From contig CAVSBO010000013.1 of assembly GCA_963726195.1 (NCBI GenBank), forward strand, positions 1 through 64,000: a stretch of DNA of 64,000 nt, written 5' to 3'. The stretch's first letter is position 1, and every line of letters starts with the position of its first letter. The position numbers and the translations under genes are program-made. The notes under the pieces were generated by a model, which saw nothing but the letters and a program-made list of their open reading frames with translations, did no database searches and was not told the DNA's origin. The DNA comes from Candidatus Thorarchaeota archaeon (GTDB lineage: Archaea; Asgardarchaeota; Thorarchaeia; Thorarchaeales; Thorarchaeaceae). This document shows positions 7,965 through 17,838 of this stretch, in pieces.

Positions 7965-10823
7965 GTGGGACCGGTTAGCTACCTGCTCCTGACATCATTT
8001 TGTGTTGAAAACGCAAAGCGGAATCGTCCCGGAGGAATCCATCCATCACAGCAGACGCTACGGCAAGCTGGAATGACTGGTTTGATCAACATAGTAGAAT
8101 CTTCCATAGAGGAAGTATTAGCATCCGTTGGAGCGTCACCAGAAGGTCTCAGCTCAGCTGAGGCTTCTGCCCGGTTAATCGAAGTCGGCCCGAACGAAAC
8201 CCCGCGAACAAGAACTCATCTATCCCTGAGACGGTTCTTTGCCTACCTTCTAGACGGGTTCAGCATCCTGCTTCTCATTGCAAGCGTTCTGCTCTTCATC
8301 AGCGGCACGCCGCTGGTCGGCCTAGTTGTGTTTGGAATCGTAATCCTGAATGCAACAGCCAGCGTCGTGCAGGAGATACGCGCCGAAAAGACAATGGATG
8401 CTCTGAAGGGATGGGTACCTGAGTTCGCGAAGGTATTGCGTGACGGACGGATCCAGAAAGTGATTGTGCGGGACATAGTGCCCGGCGATGTGATATCGCT
8501 GGATCTAGGCGATCGTGTTCCCGCTGATGCCCGACTCATGGAGGCCTATGATGTCTGGGTAAACAATATTCCTCTCACGGGTGAGGCCACGCCGCAGCCG
8601 CGCACTGCCGATCCAAGGGGGAACCACGGCGTCTCATACCTCGAAGCACCCAATCTTGTATTCCAGAGTACCGGCATAGTGCGCGGACATGGAAAGGCAG
8701 TGGTGTATGCCACTGGCGCAAATACGAAATTTGGCGAGATTGCAGGCCTGACCCAAAAGATTCGGGATCCTCCAAGCCCTCTGGAAAAGGATATCGCCGC
8801 AGCGGCTCGAAAAGACTTCGTGATCTCCATGCTCCTTGGGTCCGTTTTCCTGTTTGTCACGCTGATATGGTTACATCTCTCCATCTATGAGGGTATCTTC
8901 CTCATGATAGGAGTGATGCTCTCACTGGTGCCGGAGGGGCTTCAACTGACCGTGTCTTCTGCACTAGCAATCAGTTCCCTGCAGTTGGCCCGGCAGAACG
9001 TCCTTGTCAAAAGGCTGTCAGCAGTAGAGACCTTGGGCAGCGTGACAGTCATATGCACCGACAAGACAGGGACTATAACGAAGGGTGAGATGACTGTCCG
9101 AAAGATGTACGCAGGAGATATGCTATTTGATATATCTGGTCTCGGCCATCATCTCTTTGGCGTGTTCTCTCACGAGGAGCGGGTCACAAGCATTGGCCAA
9201 TGTCCAGCGCTGGACAAGCTCATGGTAACTACCACACTATGCAACTCGGCCGAAGTGGAGCCTCCAAAGGAATTGGAGCCGGGTAAGGGCTGGACAATTA
9301 TCGGCGACCCCGTGGACGGTGCGCTCCTGATAGCCGCTATGAAGTTCGGGTTCGATATCGAAGCAATGCATAGAGAGAACATTCTTGTTCGGGCAATCCC
9401 GTTCAATTCTGAGCGGAAGCGCGAAACGACGGCGTATAGCAACGGTGGCACAGTGTCTGTCTGTATGAAAGGCGCACCATCGACGGTCTTTCCAGTGTGC
9501 ACTAGAGCGCTCGCAGCAGACGGGACTATAGAGGAATTCACTCCACGGTACCTCTCTCACGTGGATGAGGTCTATCAGAATCTCGCACGCGGAGGACTGC
9601 GAGTCCTTGCTTGTGCATACCGTGAACAGCCCGTCGAGACTCTTTCCGAGGACGAGGATATCGAGCGTGACATGGTCTTTGTCGGATTGACAGCGCTGTA
9701 CGATCCTCCGCGCAGTGACGTTGAAGCCTCAGTTCTCACTGCCAAGAAGGCAGGAATTGAGATTGTTGTCATGACGGGTGATTCGGAGATTACGACAGAG
9801 GCCATCGCAGCGGAAGTGGGCATCACAAACCGTGGGGCTGCTCGCCCAATGATAGGTGAGGAACTGCACAAGCTGAGTGATTCCGAGCTTGTGGAAGGAA
9901 TCCGCGAAGGCAGTGTGCTATATGCACGTGTCTCTCCTACTGACAAGTTTCGAATCGTGAAGGCCCTGAAGGACGCCGGAGAAACAACCGCTGTGACAGG
10001 TGATGGTGCAAATGACGCTCCTTCACTCAAGGAGGCGAATATCGGAATTGCAATGGGCGCATCTGGCACAGACATTGCCAGAGAGAGTGCGGACTTGGTG
10101 CTTCTGGACGACAGCTTCACTTCAATCGTGAAGGCGATTGAAACTGGAAGAGCAATCTACAGTAACATCAGGCGTTTCATTGTATATGTTTTCTCACATA
10201 ACTGGGCAGAGCTTATCACTTTCCTCCTATTCGTGTTGTTCTCGATTCCTCTGCCCTTGCTTGTGATGCAGGTATTGGCAATCGACCTATTCATCGAAAT
10301 ACTTCCTTCACTTGCTATCAGCCACGAACCAGCCGAACCGGGTGCAATGAGCAGGCCGCCTCGGAGCGCTCAGGAGCATCTGTTGGACACAAGGACGCTG
10401 CTACGCTCCCTCTACGTTGGAACCATTACCGGCGCCGGAGCAATGATACTGTGCTTGACGGTTTGGACTGCCGGCGGGTGGAAAGTGGGGATGCCGCTCG
10501 ACGTTACAAGCCCACTATACATCAAGGGTACTACGATGACTTTCGCAGGAATCGTGTTCGGGCAGATTGCCAACGTGCTTTCGTGCCGGACAGACAGGGT
10601 CTCCATATTTCGAACGAGCTTGTCCCGCAATAAATGGATTCCCGGATCAATAGGGGCTCAAGTCAGTATTCTTGCAATCATCATCTATCTACCATGGCTA
10701 CAGCCAATATTCGGCACAATCGGCCTTGGCGTTCTCGACTGGGGCTATCTCCTCCTTATCACGGCCAGCGTGATTGTTGCTGAGGAGATACGCAAACTGA
10801 TTTATCGTGCCTGGCGACAATAG
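7965..10823 (+). CDS. P-type cation ATPase, type II (IIC-like); likely start ~8073
   Basis: LTGEA, VPEGL, DKTGT, KGAP, DPPR, TGD, GDGANDAP. Confidence 0.95.
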   Translation: MGPVSYLLLTSFCVENAKRNRPGGIHPSQQTLRQAGMTGLINIVESSIEEVLASVGASPEGLSSAEASARLIEVGPNETPRTRTHLSLRRFFAYLLDGFSILLLIASVLLFISGTPLVGLVVFGIVILNATASVVQEIRAEKTMDALKGWVPEFAKVLRDGRIQKVIVRDIVPGDVISLDLGDRVPADARLMEAYDVWVNNIPLTGEATPQPRTADPRGNHGVSYLEAPNLVFQSTGIVRGHGKAVVYATGANTKFGEIAGLTQKIRDPPSPLEKDIAAAARKDFVISMLLGSVFLFVTLIWLHLSIYEGIFLMIGVMLSLVPEGLQLTVSSALAISSLQLARQNVLVKRLSAVETLGSVTVICTDKTGTITKGEMTVRKMYAGDMLFDISGLGHHLFGVFSHEERVTSIGQCPALDKLMVTTTLCNSAEVEPPKELEPGKGWTIIGDPVDGALLIAAMKFGFDIEAMHRENILVRAIPFNSERKRETTAYSNGGTVSVCMKGAPSTVFPVCTRALAADGTIEEFTPRYLSHVDEVYQNLARGGLRVLACAYREQPVETLSEDEDIERDMVFVGLTALYDPPRSDVEASVLTAKKAGIEIVVMTGDSEITTEAIAAEVGITNRGAARPMIGEELHKLSDSELVEGIREGSVLYARVSPTDKFRIVKALKDAGETTAVTGDGANDAPSLKEANIGIAMGASGTDIARESADLVLLDDSFTSIVKAIETGRAIYSNIRRFIVYVFSHNWAELITFLLFVLFSIPLPLLVMQVLAIDLFIEILPSLAISHEPAEPGAMSRPPRSAQEHLLDTRTLLRSLYVGTITGAGAMILCLTVWTAGGWKVGMPLDVTSPLYIKGTTMTFAGIVFGQIANVLSCRTDRVSIFRTSLSRNKWIPGSIGAQVSILAIIIYLPWLQPIFGTIGLGVLDWGYLLLITASVIVAEEIRKLIYRAWRQ

Positions 10824-10868
10824 TCTTCAGGCGGCCTCATCAGCGGTTCCGTCGGGCTCGGCGGCTCT

Positions 10869-11774
10869 TCATAAAGAAGCGTTTCGTCTCCTGAGGAGAA
10901 TCACTGCAGCTAGCACGCACGCTGTGGAAGCTGCTGCACCCAAGACTAGCCAATAGGACAGAGGGACTGGAGGGTATAAGCCGTGATACTCATACTGTTT
11001 GGCTGTGAACCCAACCCAGAAGCTGTCGAAGTGGTCGACTGAGCAAGACCAGAGCGCGACACTAGTAGATTCGACAGGGTTCTCGGTACGATTTGGTTGG
11101 GGGTAGAAGGTCAACCCCAACAGCCCTGCTCGATCTTCGACCTCAATCCGGACGGTTTCGGATGTGTTGCCAGCCCAGTACCTGCCTGTGCCGATTGCAT
11201 AGTTGAAATTGAAACTATAGTAGGTGGAAACCAGACGGAGCGTCTGGTCTACTTGTACAGTACAGGCCTCATCTGCATTGAGGGTGACGTTGAACACAGC
11301 AAATGAGCACTCCTGCAGACTCAAGATGTCTGACAAATTCGTTTGGAAGCCGGTCTGAAGGTCGGTCCCGTTGAGGTTCACGTGGCTTGTCTGCACGCTG
11401 TCAACGTATACAGCCAACGAGGAATCGTACAGAGTGGTTGGGCCCATACTCAAGTAGGCTCGGGGATAAGCGAATGCCACACTACAATTCAGCGTTGAGT
11501 TCGAGATAACACTAAAGGTGCAGTTTGAAGTCACGTCATAGGTAAAGGAACCTGTAACCAGAGCCTTGATTGAAACGTTCGCGGTTGGCATCATTGTTTC
11601 ATTATTCGAAGATATGACAACCCCTTCATTGACGTAAGAAACAATCGCAATATCGGCCGCGACTTCCCGAATAACCACATTCGGGAGCAGCAATCCTACG
11701 CTGACGACGAGAAGCATAGTAAATGCTTCAGATCTACGAGCCCTCACCCGCACAGGCCTCCAGACACATACCAC
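10869..11774 (-). CDS. Secreted/membrane-anchored hypothetical protein
   Basis: N-terminal hydrophobic segment, many NxS/T sequons, C-terminal TM followed by RRR. Confidence 0.7.
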   Translation of the reverse strand: MVCVWRPVRVRARRSEAFTMLLVVSVGLLLPNVVIREVAADIAIVSYVNEGVVISSNNETMMPTANVSIKALVTGSFTYDVTSNCTFSVISNSTLNCSVAFAYPRAYLSMGPTTLYDSSLAVYVDSVQTSHVNLNGTDLQTGFQTNLSDILSLQECSFAVFNVTLNADEACTVQVDQTLRLVSTYYSFNFNYAIGTGRYWAGNTSETVRIEVEDRAGLLGLTFYPQPNRTENPVESTSVALWSCSVDHFDSFWVGFTAKQYEYHGLYPPVPLSYWLVLGAAASTACVLAAVILLRRRNASL

Positions 11775-11919
11775 CGTAGCATTGGGTTCCGGAGGATAAA
11801 TGATTATTGAACCGCGCTGGGGGCTCGCGTGCCTGTGCCGAGAACTGATGGAAAAACAAAGATACTTGACTGCCGGGCCACTTGGACCCGGAAGTCAGTT
11901 TTGAACTGGAGTGCGCAAA

Positions 11920-12061
11920 TCACTTCTTCAGCTTGAGGTCCTTGCCACAGCACTCGAAGCTGACAGCCGCAAGAACCATCTTCGCAGCATTCTTTGCAGG
12001 TGTTGAGGATTTTTATCTCGAGCCCGCAATCATCGCATTTGTAGACCTGCCCTTTCTTCAT
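11920..12061 (-). CDS. Desulforedoxin-like small Cys-rich protein (+1 frameshift ~11962)
   Basis: Corrected: MKKGQVYKCDDCGLEIKILNTCKECCEDGSCGCSFECCGKDLKLKK. Confidence 0.75.
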
Positions 12062-12235
12062 GTCATGACAGCTTAGTACCATTGTATGCACCTCTTGGTG
12101 TATTCGGCTAAGAGACCGATGTCGGCGTTAGATATCACTTTTGCGATGTATCCGATTCGTCCAACCCCTATTCCATGCGCGGAGACAACTGTTCCCACAG
12201 CTTTTAATCGGCTCCTTATTGTGTCCTTTCCTATT

Positions 12236-14813
12236 ATGAGCGACGAATTCGACATCTTCGCCCACAGACAGACTAAGTGAGGTCGAAGCCGAGGCTCGCC
12301 TACACGAAGAAGGATTCAACGAACTCCCTTCAGCGAAAGCAAGAAGCGTCTTCACAATCATATTTGAGATTGTCAAAGAACCCATGTTCCTGCTTCTGAT
12401 AGCAGGTGGTACTTTGTACCTCGTTCTCGGAGACCCCGAGGAAGCGCTGATGCTTCTTGGTTTCGTATTTGTCATTATTACTATCACGTTTGTTCAAGAA
12501 AGAAGGACTGAGCGGGCTTTGGATGCACTGCGGGACCTCTCTAGTCCACGGGCGCTTGTTGTTCGGGATAGTGTCGCACGTCGAATACCCGGCAGGGAGG
12601 TTGTGAGAGAGGACATCGTGATCCTCTCTGAAGGAGACCGGGTGCCAGCTGATGCTGTTGTATTATCCTCCCTGAACCTTTCCATCGATGAATCCCTCTT
12701 GACAGGGGAGTCCGTGCCGGTTCGCAAAATAGCATATGATGGGAAAACGGAGTTCGGCCGACCGGGCGGAGACGACCTGCCCTTCGTCTATTCCGGGTCA
12801 CTGGTTGTACAGGGGAAGGGCTATGCTCGCGTAGAGAGAACTGGAATACACACAGAGATGGGCAAAATCGGCAAATCGCTTGCTTCCGTCAAAACAGAAG
12901 AGACGCTGCTACAAAGGGAAATCCGGGTTTTCGTACGCAATTTTGCTCTTGTCGGCTTAGTTCTCTGTGCCTGCGTAATCATTCTCTATGGCCTTAGTCG
13001 GGCGGATTTTCTCGGAGGATTTCTTGCTGGTATCACGCTTGCAATGGCGATTCTGCCAGAGGAGTTCCCAGTAGTCTTGACCATTTTCCTCGCAATGGGT
13101 GCGTGGAGAATGTCTCGCTATCACGTGCTAACCCGTCGCATGCCTGCCATTGAGACTCTCGGGTCAGCTAGTATCCTATGTGTGGACAAGACTGGCACGC
13201 TGACAATGAACAGGATGACGGTTGCGATGCTCTCCATTGAGGGGGAGTACTTCGGAGTCGGCGGAGTCCTAGGTGAGAGACTGCCTGAGCAATTTCACAG
13301 AGTTGTCGAATTCGGTATTCTTGCAAGTCAAACAGATCCCTTCGACCCCATGGAAAAAGCCATCCGAGAACTGGGCTACAAATACCTCACTGAGACAGAA
13401 CACCTGCACGAAGCGTGGACTCTTGTGAAGGAGTATCCATTGAGGCCTGAATTGCTCGCAATATCTCGAGTATGGGAATCGTACAAAGATCACAACTACG
13501 TTGTAGCTGTCAAGGGCTCTCCCGAGGCTGTTCTTGACTTGTGCCATATGGACCAAGACCGAAGAGACAAGATGGAAGTCCAAGTCGTGAACCTTGCCGC
13601 ACGAGGTTTGCGCGTCCTTGGAGTCGCGGCAGCAATTCTCAGGAGAGGACCGATACCGCCGCACCAGCACGAGTTTGACTTTACATTTGTTGGACTCATA
13701 GGGCTACAGGATCCGATTAGGGAGCAGGTGCCTTCGGCAATAGAGGAGTGCCATCGAGCTGGGATTAAGGTGGCCATGATTACCGGCGACTATCCAGTCA
13801 CGGCGATTCATATAGGCGAGGCAATCGGGCTGGAATTTGCCGACCATGCAATCACAGGTCCAGAACTGGAAATGATGAATGATGAGGTTCTCACTGAGAA
13901 GAGCGCCAGGACCAGTATATTTGCTCGCGTTGTGCCAGAACAGAAACTGCGGATTGTGAATGCTTTCAAGGCACGGGGCGAGGTGGTCGCAATGACGGGC
14001 GATGGAGTGAACGACGCTCCTGCTCTCAAGTCGGCCCATATTGGTATTGCCATGGGAGAACGTGGAACAGACGTGGCCCGGGAATCTGCATCCTTGGTAT
14101 TGTTGGACGACGATTTCTCATCCATCGTCGGAGCAGTCAGAATGGGTCGACGTATCTATGATAATCTGCAAAAAGCGATGGCTTACATCATAGCGGTTCA
14201 TATTCCCATTGCCGGCCTTTCTTTGTTACCTGTGCTCCTCAATTGGCCACTCATTCTTTTTCCGATTCATGTAGTCTTCTTGGAGCTCATCATAGACCCA
14301 GCATGTTCTGTGGTCTTTGAGGCAGAACAGGGTGAGCAGGATATCATGACGCGCCCTCCTCGGAGCCTGAAGGAGCGCATGTTCAATGCCAGAAACCTAG
14401 GAATCAGCGTGGCTCAGGGGGCAGTCGTTCTGGCGATGATTGTTCTTGTATACAGCATTTCTCACTTCTCTGGTCGTCCAGAAGGAGAGACGAGAGCGAT
14501 GGCTTACGGTACCCTCGTGATAGCGAATCTTGGATTAATCCTCACCAATCGGTCGTGGTCCAACACGATATCGCAGACACTGAGGGTTCCCAACAAGGCG
14601 CTCGGTTGGGTTGTTGCAGGGATTACACTCTTTCTGGGTGCAGCATTCTTCATGCCGGAGATGCAGAAGTTGTTCAAATTCGGCACTCTCTCGCTGGCCG
14701 ATGTCCTGACATGTGTCGTGGCAGGATTGCTCAGCATTGCTTGGTTTGAAGCATGGAAGTATGCCCGCCGAAAAAGAGCAGGAAGACGCTCTTCACCTGT
14801 TGTCAGCAGGTGA
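12236..14813 (+). CDS. P-type cation ATPase (PEEFP subtype; N-terminal frameshift ~12255-12272)
   Basis: LSEVEAEARL..GFNELP, TGES, PEEFP, DKTGT, GDGVNDAP. Confidence 0.95.
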
Positions 14814-14825
14814 CAGTCTCATCTT

Positions 14826-15986
14826 CTACTTCCTGCCAAGTTTTCCGAACAGGACTATTCCCAACAGAACCACCACCACACCGACTACTGCGACAACCAT
14901 TAGGTCAATCCACAGTGACAGCGTTGTTACCGGCGCGCCCCTCAACAGCAGTGTAGTGAGGGCATTCGTCACATAACTGCTTGGAACGAATGCGGCTGCC
15001 GCTTGTGATGCTCCGCTCAATGGTATGAAGGTTCCAAGGAACATCTGTGGCATGATGAAGATGAACGATATGCCGGTAGCCACATCAGGAGACTTCGACA
15101 ACGTTGCTGTGATTAGTCCAAAGCCGACTGAATCGAGTGAGAACAGCACGACAATCGAAAGCGCGAACGCAATTCCCACCGAATCGGTTGCTGGTCTGTA
15201 GCCGATGAGGTATGACGTGCCGAAGACCAGAAAGACCTGCAGAACGGCAACAGTCATGTTGGAGGCAACCTGGGAGATAATGTACTCAGAGGACGAGAGC
15301 GGAGTGGTTGCCAATCGCTTCAGTAATCCTCCATTTCTGTCTGTGGACAAGGATTGGGCTACAACCATTATGATCCACATGGAGGCGAAGGCGAATATGC
15401 CGGGGGCCATGTAGTCCCACTGTGACAAAGTGCTCGCCAATACCAGAGCTGGGCTTCCGACTTGGACAGGTATGTCCAGAGACAACGCCTTGGTCCCGAA
15501 GATTGTCGTCAGAACGACCTGTCGAACAAGGGGCGGAATCACACTAGCGGCAATCATTGAACCGCTGTCAACATAGAGCCCGATTGTTGTATTCGTCCAA
15601 GTGCTTCCATTGAACGGTGCTAACCAGTAGGACTGGCAGCTATTCCCAAAACCTACGGGGATTACAATGAACGCGTCCAAATTGCCCTGGAGAAGATCAG
15701 CTTGTCCCGTTGCATTGTCAGAGTAGTCTATGACTGTGATACCCTCAGTGTGCGTCAAGTTATCGATGAATCTGGTCGCCCACTCGGGATGTGCTGAAGT
15801 TGTATCCAAGTTTACTACGCCAATACTGAAGTTCTGTTGGCCTGATGTGCCAATGCCTCCAAAGGCTAGAGCAAAGGCCCCTGTCAGCACAACTGGAAAC
15901 AGCAGCAGCATGAAGAGCGAGGCGGGTTCCCTGACCAGCCTTTTCAGATCCTTCTTGGTCATTGCCATAACACGTTGAAGTTTCAT
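14826..15986 (-). CDS. ABC-2 type exporter permease
   Basis: TM1, extracytoplasmic loop, YMAPG, DRNGGLLKRL, 5 further TMs. Confidence 0.9.
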   Translation of the reverse strand: MKLQRVMAMTKKDLKRLVREPASLFMLLLFPVVLTGAFALAFGGIGTSGQQNFSIGVVNLDTTSAHPEWATRFIDNLTHTEGITVIDYSDNATGQADLLQGNLDAFIVIPVGFGNSCQSYWLAPFNGSTWTNTTIGLYVDSGSMIAASVIPPLVRQVVLTTIFGTKALSLDIPVQVGSPALVLASTLSQWDYMAPGIFAFASMWIIMVVAQSLSTDRNGGLLKRLATTPLSSSEYIISQVASNMTVAVLQVFLVFGTSYLIGYRPATDSVGIAFALSIVVLFSLDSVGFGLITATLSKSPDVATGISFIFIMPQMFLGTFIPLSGASQAAAAFVPSSYVTNALTTLLLRGAPVTTLSLWIDLMVVAVVGVVVVLLGIVLFGKLGRK

Positions 15987-16778
15987 CTACACTGCCTCCC
16001 TCAGCTTCCTTCCAGTCCTTTGTAGAAAGACCTCTTCGAGGTCTGCGACACCGTACTTCTTGACCAGTTCCTTTGGAGTGCCGAGGTCGATGAGTTTCCC
16101 TTGATCTATGATGCCCACCCTGTCGCAGAGTTCTGATGCTTCTTCCATGTAGTGCGTTGTGAGGATTATGGACTTGTCTTGACTTCTAAGTTCCCTGATA
16201 AATTCCCAGACAGCGCGGCGGGATACTGGGTCCATCGCCACAGTTGGCTCATCAAGTAGAGCGACCTTCGGGTCGTGGATCAATGACATGATTGTACTGA
16301 CGCGTCTGACCATTCCTCCACTGTATTGTGCTGCGCGACGATTGGCATCTTCTTCCATTCCTATCTTCTTGAGTAGCAGATCGGTGCGCTCCTTGAGAAG
16401 CTGTTTCGGCATCGAATGGAGCTGGCCGAATAGCTCAATGTTCTCCCTCCCAGTGAGGAATGGGTAGAACGCAGGCTGCTGAGGACACAGACCTATGATA
16501 TCCCAGATCTTCTTAGGTTCCTTCACTACGTCATAGCCGCCAACAGAGGCCTGCCCCTCGTCAGGTGCCAGCAAGGTAGACAGTATGTTAACAGTCGTCG
16601 TCTTCCCTGCTCCATTGGGACCCAAGAGCCCAAAGATTTCACCCCAGCCGATTTCGAGGCTCAGACCATCAATTGCTGTAATGCTTCCGAATCGCTTTGT
16701 GACGTTATCAATCGCAATCGCAGGTTGGCCTGATTCATGCGACTTCGTCTTAGGATAGGTTCGCAAGTGTTGAATCAC
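15987..16778 (-). CDS. ABC transporter ATP-binding protein (DrrA-like)
   Basis: GPNGAGKTT, YSGGM, LLDEPT, TTHYMEEA. Confidence 0.95.
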   Translation of the reverse strand: MIQHLRTYPKTKSHESGQPAIAIDNVTKRFGSITAIDGLSLEIGWGEIFGLLGPNGAGKTTTVNILSTLLAPDEGQASVGGYDVVKEPKKIWDIIGLCPQQPAFYPFLTGRENIELFGQLHSMPKQLLKERTDLLLKKIGMEEDANRRAAQYSGGMVRRVSTIMSLIHDPKVALLDEPTVAMDPVSRRAVWEFIRELRSQDKSIILTTHYMEEASELCDRVGIIDQGKLIDLGTPKELVKKYGVADLEEVFLQRTGRKLREAV

Positions 16779-17055
16779 CTGATCTCATCCAGGTCAAGCA
16801 CCAAGTCATTCAAAGCATTTGGGTTCTCGGCTTAATATCAGATTCGGAGCGAGACAGATTTCGGGCTTATAGTCGTCCTTGACCGCTATCCGAAAGCTTC
16901 ACCTAGGTTTTCCATCATGTCGCTAGACGCATAGTGGCCTGAGCTCGGGCCAAGTGTGGATTCCTAATCTGTTGCAGGTCGGACTGATGTGGTGAATTGA
17001 CGCGAAGAACGCTAGGTCTCCAGTACCCGGTGGCAAGAGTATCGACTATGACGCC

Positions 17056-17817
17056 GTGGCGAAGGTGTACGACCAAGTACGCGAGGGGAACCCCGAGATG
17101 ATTGGCCATATGCTTGAAGGGGTCGCGCTTGACAGGAAGGCCGTTGTGCTCGATGTAGGCTGTGGGACCGCCAACAACACCTTGCTTGTCTCGGGGGCTC
17201 TGTCATCGAGGGTGGTTGGTGTTGACATCTCCACCGGCATGCTTGGGGGAGCGAATGCCAAAGCTTCTACTCTTGGACTTGTGCAAGGCACGGCCGAAGA
17301 CCTACCATTCGGTTCAGACCAGTTCAACTTCGTCTACATGACCGAGGTTGTCCATCATCTGTCCGACTTCAAGGCGGCACTCAAGGAGATACTGCGCGTG
17401 TTGAGACCGGGCGGTTCTTCTTGCATTGTAACACAATCTCACAAGCAAATAGACCACCGCATGTCCTCACGCTTCTTTCCCGGCTCCTCAATGGTTGACA
17501 AGATGCGGTACCCGGATATTGATGAGATTGAATCTGCGATGAAAGATGTCGGATTTGTGAAGGTTTCTTCAAGACAGTACTCTTTTGCCCCTGTGATTCT
17601 GGGCGCCGATTACCTTCGGGCAGTTGAGATGCGCGGCTATTCGAGTCTCCACAAGATAAGCGAAAAGGAATATGCGGAGGGTCTGGAGGCGCTGCGCGCC
17701 GCTTTTGAGCAAGGCGAGCAGCTTACCTATTCTGCAGGATATACATTTGTAGGAGGTTGCAAGGGAAAGCATCTCGCGCGCAGAGCGGCAATCGACGCCG
17801 GTCACAGGCAGAAGTAG
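17056..17817 (+). CDS. Class I SAM-dependent methyltransferase (start likely upstream; IDYDAV is in frame)
   Basis: VLDVGCGT, GVDIS, EDLPF, LRPGG. Confidence 0.9.
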   Translation: MAKVYDQVREGNPEMIGHMLEGVALDRKAVVLDVGCGTANNTLLVSGALSSRVVGVDISTGMLGGANAKASTLGLVQGTAEDLPFGSDQFNFVYMTEVVHHLSDFKAALKEILRVLRPGGSSCIVTQSHKQIDHRMSSRFFPGSSMVDKMRYPDIDEIESAMKDVGFVKVSSRQYSFAPVILGADYLRAVEMRGYSSLHKISEKEYAEGLEALRAAFEQGEQLTYSAGYTFVGGCKGKHLARRAAIDAGHRQK

Positions 17818-17838
17818 GACCTGTTCGTAACCATTCAG

